DNA from: Allgaiera indica
GTDB lineage: Bacteria; Pseudomonadota; Alphaproteobacteria; Rhodobacterales; Rhodobacteraceae
Reading direction: 5' to 3'
Length of the DNA: 32,000 bases
Assembly (NCBI RefSeq): GCF_900106675.1
Contig: NZ_FNOB01000001.1
Span: 204,531-236,530, forward strand
Position 1 is the first letter of the stretch; every line of letters starts with the position of its first letter. Positions 9,482 through 16,142 of this stretch are shown one piece after another. A program made the translations under genes and the position numbers. Below the pieces are notes generated by a model. The model was not told where the DNA came from. It did not search any database and worked only from the letters and a program-made list of their open reading frames with translations.

Positions 9482-10153
9482 TCAGGCCTCGATCCGGTAG
9501 CCGGAGCCGCGCACCGTCTTGATCAGTTCGTGGTCAAAGGGCTTGTCGATCTTGGCGCGCAGGCGGCTGATATGGGTTTCCACCACGTTGGTCTGCGGAT
9601 CGAAGGAAATGTCCCAGACCGCTTCCAGCAGCATGGTACGGGTCTGCACCCGGCCCTTGCGGCGCAGCAGATGTTCCAGCAGCGCGAATTCGCGCGGCAG
9701 CAGGTCGATCTCTTGTCCCGCGCGGGTGACGCGCCGGGCAAGCAGATCCATCTTCAGATCGCCCGCGCTCAGGACGGTGGTTTCCTCCTTCAGATGCGGG
9801 CGGCGGCCCAGGGCCTGGATCCGGGCCGAAAGCTCGCCGAAGGCGAAGGGCTTCACCAGATAGTCGTCGCCGCCGGCATTCAGGCCCTCTATCCGATCAT
9901 CGACCCCGCCCAGCGAGGTCAGGAACAACACCGGCGTGCGATTGTGGGCCGCGCGCAGGGCCTTTACCAGCGACATGCCGTCCAGCCCCGGCAGCATCCG
10001 GTCGATGATCATCACGTCATAATCGCCCGAGGTGGCGTGGATCAGCCCGTCGCGCCCTTCCGCGGTCAGGTCGACGGTGTGGCCCTCTTGGCGTAGGCCC
10101 TCGGCAATGTATTCCGACGTCGTCGCGTCGTCTTCCACGACCAGTATCTTCAT
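9482..10153 (-). CDS. OmpR/PhoB-family DNA-binding response regulator
   Basis: ORF 9482..10498 (-) trimmed to the ATG at 10153 (MKILVVEDDATTSEYI). Receiver residues DD, IIDRMLPGLDG, LFLTS and KPF are present. C-terminal winged-helix region (LLPREFALLEHLLRRKGRVQTRTMLLEAVW). Confidence 0.92.
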   Translation of the reverse strand: MKILVVEDDATTSEYIAEGLRQEGHTVDLTAEGRDGLIHATSGDYDVMIIDRMLPGLDGMSLVKALRAAHNRTPVLFLTSLGGVDDRIEGLNAGGDDYLVKPFAFGELSARIQALGRRPHLKEETTVLSAGDLKMDLLARRVTRAGQEIDLLPREFALLEHLLRRKGRVQTRTMLLEAVWDISFDPQTNVVETHISRLRAKIDKPFDHELIKTVRGSGYRIEA

Positions 10154-10241
10154 GTCGTCCCCGGATCTGGGCTTGCGGCTGCCTTGCGCGGCGCGGGGCG
10201 CCTGTTCTGATGTCCTAGCTTCACTCGCCGCCGCGCGCCAG

Positions 10242-10309
10242 CCTTGCGGGGCATGCGCGTCGGGTGCCAGAGCGCGTCCGGCGCGGGCAGTCGGGTCCTT
10301 GCGGGGCAT
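10242..10309 (-). promoter_or_regulatory. Two perfect 13-nt direct repeats (plus strand CCTTGCGGGGCAT) upstream of the response-regulator gene
   Basis: Exact copies at 10242-10254 and 10297-10309, 55 bp apart. Related CTTGCGG / CCTTGCGCGG motifs occur at 10172-10178 and 10182-10191. All lie in the 155-bp gap between the small membrane ORF and the regulator start. Confidence 0.4.
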
Positions 10310-10560
10310 CAGAACCGGGTGCTGCGGTCGGTGGCAGGGCCGGGGCCGGCATCGGGGCCGGGGCCGGGCCGGGCGCTGCGGCGATGGTCGCGCGGCAGCC
10401 GCAGGGTGATCGGGCGGGGGCCGGTCCCCAGCCAATAGGCGATCGCCGCCGCCGCGCTGCAGGCGAGCAGGGTGAAAAACACCAGCGTCCCGAGCCATAG
10501 CGCCGTCACCCCCGCCAACACCGCGAGGAAGCTCGCTAGATAGCCTTTGATCGTCTGCAT
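10309..10560 (-). CDS. Small hypothetical membrane protein (83 aa, two predicted TM helices, Pro/Gly/Arg-rich tail)
   Basis: ATG 10560 is preceded by GGAGGG at 7-nt spacing. MQTIKGYLASFLAVLAGVTALWLGTLVFFTLLACSAAAAIAYWLG is hydrophobic. Third-codon positions are strongly G/C, as in neighbouring real genes. No family recognised. Confidence 0.55.
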   Translation of the reverse strand: MQTIKGYLASFLAVLAGVTALWLGTLVFFTLLACSAAAAIAYWLGTGPRPITLRLPRDHRRSARPGPGPDAGPGPATDRSTRF

Positions 10561-10619
10561 CGGTGAGCCCTCCGAATGATCTTTGCTGCCCTACATCTGC
10601 GCGATCAAGCTTCCAGCGC

Positions 10620-10649
10620 GATTGTCCAAAGATTGCAAAACTGTAATCT
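10620..10649. promoter_or_regulatory. AT-rich island with GATTG direct repeats (11-bp phasing) in the divergent region between the small membrane ORF and corA
   Basis: GATTGTCCAAAGATTGCAAAACTGTAATCT. GATTG at 10620 and 10631, with an inverted GATT at 10645-10648. It can also be read as a plus-strand TTGTCC-N16-TAATCT promoter candidate for corA. Confidence 0.3.
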
Positions 10650-10766
10650 GTGCGCGGAATCTCCCGGCCGCCGGGTCCAAGGCCAGCCCATGCGGCCGCC
10701 CGCCGGTGTTCGGTGCCCGCGCTTGACCGGCGCGATCATATCGGGAAGGGTCGAGACCGAAGCGCG

Positions 10767-10805
10767 CTGGCCGGGGCGCGGCGCATGCCCCGGCGCCCCG
10801 GCCAG
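10767..10805 (+). promoter_or_regulatory. 12-bp perfect GC-rich stem-loop in the putative corA leader
   Basis: CTGGCCGGGGCG (10767-10778) pairs with CGCCCCGGCCAG (10794-10805) across a 15-nt loop. It ends 31 nt before the corA ATG. No co-directional gene ends immediately upstream (the preceding ORF is divergent), so it is not an obvious terminator of a neighbour. Confidence 0.4.
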
Positions 10806-10836
10806 CCGGCGGGACCTGCAGCCAAGAGGGGCCTGA

Positions 10837-12048
10837 ATGACCGAAACCGCGAAACCCAGGCAGGGTGGCAAGGGCAGCAAGAAAGGCAAGACGCGGCGGC
10901 GCAAACCCGCCCGCGCCCCGGCCGGTGCCCCGCCGGGGCGCATCGTCGCCCAGCCCGGCGCCCACGCGACACGGCTGTCTTTCACCGCCTTCCATCCGGG
11001 CGGGCTGAGCCATCCCGAGGATCTTGATGCGGCGCTGGCGATCCTGGCCGCGCCGCCGCCCTCTGCCGGGCAGGATGCCCCCGGCGGCGGGTTGTGGATC
11101 GATATCGTCGGCCTCGCCGATACCGCCCGGATCGAGTCGGTCTGCGCGCGGCTGGGCCTGCACACGCTGTCGGTCGCGGATATCTTCAGCACCGGGCAGC
11201 GTCCCAAGACCGAGATCTACGAGACCTACGTCCATGTCGTGCTGCGCCAGCCGCTGAGCACCACCCCCTATGTCGACGAACAGCTGACCCTGATCCTGGG
11301 CGACCGGTTCGTGCTGACGGTGCAGGAGCGTCCCGGCGACAGTTTCGATCCGGTGCGCCAGCGGCTGACGGTCGGCGGGCCGAGAATCCGCAGTTCTGCC
11401 GGCTATCTGGCCTATGCGCTGATGGATGCGCTCGTCGACGCCTATTTTCCGGTACTCGAAGCCTATGGCGAACGCACCGAGGAACTGGACGACCGGATCC
11501 TGGACGGCGCCGGCGATGGCGTGATCGGCGAAGTCCACAGCCTGCGGCGGGAATTGCTGTCCTTGCGGCACACGCTCTGGCCACAGCGCGAGGCGGTCTC
11601 GGCGCTGATGCGCCACGACGTGCCCTATGTGACCGAGGAACTGGCCACCTATTTGCGCGACGTGGCCGATCACTCCTCTCAGCTGATGGATATGGTCGAA
11701 GTCTATCGAGAGGTGGCACAGGGACTGGTCGATCTGCATCTGTCGATGATGTCGAATCGGATGAACGAGATCATGAAGGTGCTGACGATCATCGCCACGA
11801 TCTTCATCCCGATCACCTTTATCGCCGGTCTCTACGGGATGAACTTCTCGACCGAGTCCCCGTGGAACATGCCCGAGCTGAAATGGAAATACGGCTACCT
11901 CTATGCGCTGGGGCTGATGCTGTGCTCGACGGCGATCATGCTGTTCACCTTCTGGCGCCATGGCTGGATCGGCGGGCGGCAGAAGACCGGCGCCAGGACG
12001 CCCGAAAGCCAAGGCCACCAGCGCGGGCGACAGGACGGCGCGGGCTAG
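10837..12048 (+). CDS. corA: Magnesium/cobalt transporter CorA with Lys/Arg-rich N-terminal extension
   Basis: GMN signature (LYGMNF) between two C-terminal TM helices, plus a typical CorA cytoplasmic domain. SD AAGAGGGG lies upstream of the ATG at 10837. The first ~35 aa (MTETAKPRQGGKGSKKGKTRRRKPARAPAG) are an atypical basic extension. Confidence 0.9.
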   Translation: MTETAKPRQGGKGSKKGKTRRRKPARAPAGAPPGRIVAQPGAHATRLSFTAFHPGGLSHPEDLDAALAILAAPPPSAGQDAPGGGLWIDIVGLADTARIESVCARLGLHTLSVADIFSTGQRPKTEIYETYVHVVLRQPLSTTPYVDEQLTLILGDRFVLTVQERPGDSFDPVRQRLTVGGPRIRSSAGYLAYALMDALVDAYFPVLEAYGERTEELDDRILDGAGDGVIGEVHSLRRELLSLRHTLWPQREAVSALMRHDVPYVTEELATYLRDVADHSSQLMDMVEVYREVAQGLVDLHLSMMSNRMNEIMKVLTIIATIFIPITFIAGLYGMNFSTESPWNMPELKWKYGYLYALGLMLCSTAIMLFTFWRHGWIGGRQKTGARTPESQGHQRGRQDGAG

Positions 12049-12070
12049 CGCGGCCCATCTGGCCGCGCTA
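12046..12070 (+). terminator. Perfect 10-bp hairpin containing the corA stop codon (terminator-like, no U tract)
   Basis: TAGCGCGGCC-CATCT-GGCCGCGCTA. The stem starts with the TAG stop at 12046. It is followed by GGTGAGG, not a T run. Confidence 0.4.
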
Positions 12071-12279
12071 GGTGAGGCGCCCGCCGATCAAATGTGGGCC
12101 CTCCGCCGACCGCCGGCTTCACCCCGGCGCGGCGCGGGGCTCACGGGCGTCGTACACGCTGCCCCAAAGTTGATTGCAGATTTGTAACCTTGGCGACAGG
12201 GGGATGCGAAGCTGCCTTGGCATCTGTCATGCATCGCGTCGGAGCAGGCACGCCTGACCGACTGGCAGGAACAGGAGCA

Positions 12280-13428
12280 ATGCTTATGAATACCCCCACA
12301 CCGAAATCTCCTCGTCGGCGCCTGGCATCATTGGCCCTGGTCGCTGCGTTGGCCTCGTCCTCGGCGATGATCGCCGTGCCCTCGGCCAGCTTCGCCGAAC
12401 CGCCCGGAGGCTGGGCCAACCTGGTGCAGAAGGTCTCGCCCGCCGTGGTCTATATCGAGGTCACCGAAACGGCCGCGAAATCGCAGCAGGAAGAACAGCG
12501 GAACATGCCGGACTTCCCGTTCCAGGAGTTCAGCCGCCGCTTCGGCATTCCCTTCCCCGGCATGCCCCAGCAGCAGGCGCCGCAGGGCCGGATGCATGGC
12601 GTGGGCTCGGGCTTCATCATCAGCCCCGACGGCTACATCGTGACCAACAACCACGTCGTCGCGGGCGCGCAGACCATCAAGGTGAAGCTGACCGACGGCA
12701 AGGACTACACCGCGAAGGTGATCGGCCGCGATCCGGGCACCGATGTGGCATTGATCAAGATCGACGCGACGAACCTGCCCTTCGTCAAGTTCGGCTCATC
12801 GACCAAGATGCGCGTGGGCGATGACGTGATGGCGGTGGGCAATCCGTTCGGTCTGGGCGGCACCGTGACGTCTGGCATCATCTCGGCCAAGGCGCGCGAC
12901 ATCGGTGACGGCATCTATGGCGACTTCCTGCAGACCGACGCCGCGATCAACAAGGGCAATTCGGGCGGGCCGCTGTTCAATGAACAGGGCCAGGTGATCG
13001 GCATGAATACCGCGATCATCTCTCCGACCGGCGGCTCTGTCGGGATCGGCTTCGCGGTGCCTTCGGACATCGTGCAGAAGATCGTCGGTCAGCTAGAGCA
13101 CGGCGGCCGTGTCGATCGCGGTTGGCTGGGCGTTCAGATCCAAAGCGTTTCGCCCGACGTGGCGGCCGCGCTGGGAATGGACAAGCCCCAAGGTGCAATG
13201 ATCGCCGAGGTGATGCCGGACAGCCCGGCGATGAAGGCGGGTTTCAAGCGCGGCGACATCATCACCAAATTCGGCGCGACAGAGATCAAATCCGTGCACG
13301 ACCTGCCGCGCGCCGTGGGCATGACCGCTCCCAACACCCAAGCCCAGGTGCAGATCCTGCGCGCCGGCAAGCCGATGACGATCACAGTCGATGTCGGGCA
13401 GATGAAACAGACCCAGAAGAAAACCTGA
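12280..13428 (+). CDS. HtrA/DegP-family periplasmic serine protease with a single PDZ domain
   Basis: ORF 12094..13428 trimmed to ATG 12280 (or ATG 12286; AGGAG lies at 12273-12277). Signal peptide RRRLASLALVAALASSSAMIAVPSASFA. Catalytic triad contexts TNNHVV, DVALIKI, GNSGGPLF. PDZ region at the C-terminus. Confidence 0.9.
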   Translation: MLMNTPTPKSPRRRLASLALVAALASSSAMIAVPSASFAEPPGGWANLVQKVSPAVVYIEVTETAAKSQQEEQRNMPDFPFQEFSRRFGIPFPGMPQQQAPQGRMHGVGSGFIISPDGYIVTNNHVVAGAQTIKVKLTDGKDYTAKVIGRDPGTDVALIKIDATNLPFVKFGSSTKMRVGDDVMAVGNPFGLGGTVTSGIISAKARDIGDGIYGDFLQTDAAINKGNSGGPLFNEQGQVIGMNTAIISPTGGSVGIGFAVPSDIVQKIVGQLEHGGRVDRGWLGVQIQSVSPDVAAALGMDKPQGAMIAEVMPDSPAMKAGFKRGDIITKFGATEIKSVHDLPRAVGMTAPNTQAQVQILRAGKPMTITVDVGQMKQTQKKT

Positions 13429-13713
13429 TCGCGGTCGGACGCGGAAAATCGCCCGGGTGGCGCGGGTCTTGGCGCCTCCCGGATCCGGAATCGGGCCGGG
13501 CGAGCGTCTGTTCGAACTTCCCCGAAAGTCCCGTCCCCTCGGGACGACGCCATTCGGTCTGATGCGCGGGTCCGGCCCTTTCCCTAGGGTCGGGCCCGTT
13601 GCCGTTTCGGCGTCCTGGCCGCGGTCATGGCGGGGCCCTTGAACCGTTCGGGGCCACCGCTGCGCGCTCGCAGGGCGGCGGGTTCTTCTTGCATTCGCGG
13701 GCTCGGGAAGAAA

Positions 13714-13788
<75 letters not shown>

Positions 13789-13801
13789 GCCGGTGGGCGG
13801 C

Positions 13802-13830
13802 TGATTAGACGATGATGCCCCCCGGCGCAA
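13802..13830 (-). promoter_or_regulatory. Candidate sigma70-type promoter for tRNA-Thr
   Basis: The minus strand reads TTGCGC-N17-TAATCA, with the -10 ending 13 nt upstream of the mature tRNA 5' end. Hexamer matches are moderate only. Confidence 0.3.
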
Positions 13831-13873
13831 GGGCAATCTGGACCCTTTTCGGCCGCTCTTGTAGGAAGGGCCC

Positions 13874-14038
13874 ATGGAGCAAAAACCCCGCAAGTCCGAC
13901 CCCACCGACAAGCCCGCGCCTTCGGCCCGCGAAGAGCGCCTGAAGGCAGCGCTGAAGGCCAATATCGCGCGGCGCAAGGCACAGGCGCGTGCGCAGGCGC
14001 AGGCACGCGGCGACGACAGCAACGACAAAACAACATGA
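13874..14038 (+). CDS. Small basic hypothetical protein (54 aa), not listed in the ORF track
   Basis: Hand translation gives [61 protein letters not shown] lies 4 nt upstream of the ATG. G/C-rich third positions. It ends 10 nt before murA. No family confidently recognised. Confidence 0.4.
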   Translation: MEQKPRKSDPTDKPAPSAREERLKAALKANIARRKAQARAQAQARGDDSNDKTT

Positions 14039-14048
14039 GGGCAGGCTG

Positions 14049-15317
14049 ATGGATTCCATTCTGGTACGGGGCGGCTCGGCGCTGAACGGTACGATCGAGA
14101 TCGCCGGGGCGAAGAACGCCTGCCTGGCGCTGATGCCGGCGACCCTTCTGTCGGAAGAGCCGCTGACCCTGACCAACGCGCCGCGGCTGTCCGATATCCG
14201 CACGATGACGCTGTTGCTGCAATCTCTGGGCGTCGAGGTGCAGGGGCTGCAGGGCGGCAAGGTGCAGGCGATGTCCTCGCATGGCGAGATTTCGCCGCTG
14301 GCCGATTACGACATCGTGCGCAAGATGCGGGCCTCGAACCTGGTGTTGGGGCCCTTGCTGGCGCGACTTGGCAAAGCGGTGGTGTCGCTGCCCGGCGGCT
14401 GCGCGATCGGGGCACGGCCGATGGATATCCATATCGACGCGCTCGAGGCTCTGGGCGCCGGGATCGAACTGCGCGATGGCTATCTGCACGCGACGGCGCC
14501 CGGCGGGCTGAAAGGGGCCAGCTACGCAATGCGCTTTGCCTCGGTCGGCGCGACCGAGAATTTCCTGATGGCGGCGGTGCTGGCCAAGGGGGGCTCGGTT
14601 CTGCGAAACGCCGCGCGTGAACCCGAGATCGTCGATCTGGCGAAATGCCTGCGCGCCATGGGGGCGCAGATCTCGGGCGAGGGGACCTCGACCATCGAGA
14701 TCCAGGGCGTGGACCGGCTGCATGGCGCCACCCACCCGGTGGTCGCCGACCGGATCGAGCTGGGCACCTACATGCTGGCCCCGGTAATCGCCGGCGGAGA
14801 GGTCGAGTGCCTCGGCGGCCGGCGCGACCTGATTGGCGCCTTCTGCGACAAGCTGGAGGCCGCGGGCGCCGAGATCGAGGAGACCGAGCGCGGGCTGAAG
14901 GTGGCGCGCAAGAATGGGCGCGCGCGCGCGGTTGACGTGGTCACCGCCCCCTTCCCGGGCTTCCCGACCGACCTGCAGGCGCAGATGATGGCATTGATGT
15001 GCACAGCCGAAGGCGTCAGCGTGCTGGAAGAGACGGTGTTCGAGAACCGCTTCATGCATGCGCCGGAACTGATGCGCATGGGGGCCGATATCGACGTCCA
15101 CGGTGGCCACGCCACGGTGACCGGGGTAGAGCGGCTGAAGGGTGCGCCGGTGATGGCGACGGATCTGCGCGCCAGCGTTTCGCTGATCTTGGCGGGGCTG
15201 GGCGCCGAGGGCGAGACGCTGGTCAGCCGGGTCTATCATCTTGACCGCGGCTATGAGCGGGTCGAGGAAAAGCTGGGCGCCTGCGGGGCGCAAGTGGAAC
15301 GGGTGAAGGGCCAATGA
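14049..15317 (+). CDS. murA: UDP-N-acetylglucosamine 1-carboxyvinyltransferase
   Basis: ORF 13989..15317 trimmed to ATG 14049 ([29 protein letters not shown]), with GAGGG 8 nt upstream. Active-site loop [15 protein letters not shown]. Full-length EPSP-synthase-like fold sequence. Confidence 0.95.
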   Translation: MDSILVRGGSALNGTIEIAGAKNACLALMPATLLSEEPLTLTNAPRLSDIRTMTLLLQSLGVEVQGLQGGKVQAMSSHGEISPLADYDIVRKMRASNLVLGPLLARLGKAVVSLPGGCAIGARPMDIHIDALEALGAGIELRDGYLHATAPGGLKGASYAMRFASVGATENFLMAAVLAKGGSVLRNAAREPEIVDLAKCLRAMGAQISGEGTSTIEIQGVDRLHGATHPVVADRIELGTYMLAPVIAGGEVECLGGRRDLIGAFCDKLEAAGAEIEETERGLKVARKNGRARAVDVVTAPFPGFPTDLQAQMMALMCTAEGVSVLEETVFENRFMHAPELMRMGADIDVHGGHATVTGVERLKGAPVMATDLRASVSLILAGLGAEGETLVSRVYHLDRGYERVEEKLGACGAQVERVKGQ

Positions 15318-15790
15318 GCGACGCACGGTTCGAGGACGGGGGAGAGAAGCCGCTCTATCTGGCGGCGCGGGATGCCGAGGATCTGCAGGTGCTGTCCTCG
15401 TTGGTACAGGACGCGGTCCTGACGGCCGGAGACATATCCTGGCAGAAAGGCCGGCGCCGGCTGGCGCTGCTGCTGAACCGCTTCCGCTGGGAGGACCACA
15501 AGGCCGCCCAGGTGGCGCGACGCCCATATGAGCGGGTGCGCGCGCTTCTGGTGGTCGAGGGCGCCCTGTCGGTGCGCACCCAGGGCATCGCGCGCGACGA
15601 CCGCGAGATGGTGCTGTCACTGCTGTCTGTCGCCTTCGAGCCGGGCGAGGACGGCGCCGGGCGCGTGGTGCTGACGCTGGCCGGCGACGGCGCGCTGGCG
15701 ATCGAGGTCGAGGCGCTGGAGGTGACGCTGAAGGACGTGACGCGGCCCTATGCGGCGGCCTCGCGCAAGCCGCCGGAGCATCCGGCCTAG
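15314..15790 (+). CDS. DUF2948 family protein
   Basis: The ATG overlaps the murA stop (ATGA). [36 protein letters not shown]...[10 protein letters not shown] resembles the conserved alphaproteobacterial protein usually found after murA. The family name is from memory. Confidence 0.7.
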   Translation: MSDARFEDGGEKPLYLAARDAEDLQVLSSLVQDAVLTAGDISWQKGRRRLALLLNRFRWEDHKAAQVARRPYERVRALLVVEGALSVRTQGIARDDREMVLSLLSVAFEPGEDGAGRVVLTLAGDGALAIEVEALEVTLKDVTRPYAAASRKPPEHPA

Positions 15791-15836
15791 GCAGGCCGGG
15801 GTGCCGATCTCGGCGCCGGGGGTTTCACACCCCCGG
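15782..15836 (+). terminator. Two consecutive hairpins at and after the DUF2948 stop codon (terminator-like, no U tract)
   Basis: CCGGCCT-AGGC-AGGCCGG (15782-15799, includes the TAG at 15788-15790), then CCGGGGGT-TTCAC-ACCCCCGG (15816-15836). Confidence 0.4.
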
Positions 15837-15890
15837 ACCCCCGTGGAGTATTTCCACCAAGGCGAACATCAAGAAGCGCCCATTGCTTGC

Positions 15891-15913
15891 TTTCATTGTT
15901 CCTCAAATACGCC
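15891..15913 (+). repeat. Copy C of the 23-nt element
   Basis: TTTCATTGTTCCTCAAATACGCC starts 100 nt after the DUF2948 stop. It is followed by GGGGGAGCA and a GGGGGC-AGC-GCCCCC hairpin. Confidence 0.8.
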
Positions 15914-16142
15914 GGGGGAGCAGGGGGCAGCGCCCCCGCCTGCCGGCCGGCCTGCGCTTTGCCCTTGCCAGCCCGGCCCCCGCGCCGCATCTTGGCGCCC
16001 GAGCCGGTGGCGATGGCGTCGCCAAGGGGGCCGGTCGCGCCCCGGGCTTGGCGGCATCCGGTATCCGGCCCGCCCTCGTCCTGCACGCCGGGACCTTTCG
16101 GGGCCCGGGCGGACGCCAGGCCCTCAACCTAAGGTCTGAACG

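Noticed and set aside
7659-9500. 613-aa plus-strand ORF
   Set aside because: It is antisense to the histidine kinase and the metallopeptidase genes, both of which have clear catalytic motifs. The composition is typical of a spurious high-GC frame.
10661-10836. A known riboswitch (M-box or other) in the corA leader, or a guanidine-type riboswitch before creatinase (15791-16142)
   Set aside because: I could not recognise conserved cores of any riboswitch class I know. Only generic GC hairpins are present, so these are reported as structures, not as riboswitches.
10591-12018. 475-aa minus-strand ORF. The same reasoning applies to 15903..17273 (-), 1..1128 (+), 914..2038 (+), 19251..20345 (+) and 18607..20028 (+).
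   Set aside because: Each is antisense or out of frame to a gene with recognisable family motifs (CorA GMN, creatinase, MDR reductase, FAD oxidase, SDR/crotonase/RluA).
12071-12279. A sigmaE/sigma32-type stress promoter upstream of the htrA-like gene
   Set aside because: Candidate AAC or CTTG -35-like words are present, but no properly spaced -10 partner matches the consensus sequences I know. This is too weak to report as a feature.
15845-15878. An inverted second copy of the 23-nt element that would form a MITE-like hairpin with copy C
   Set aside because: Only the GTATTT core and a few flanking bases match the reverse complement of the element. Manual pairing of the inner arms fails, so an inverted-repeat or MITE structure is not supported.
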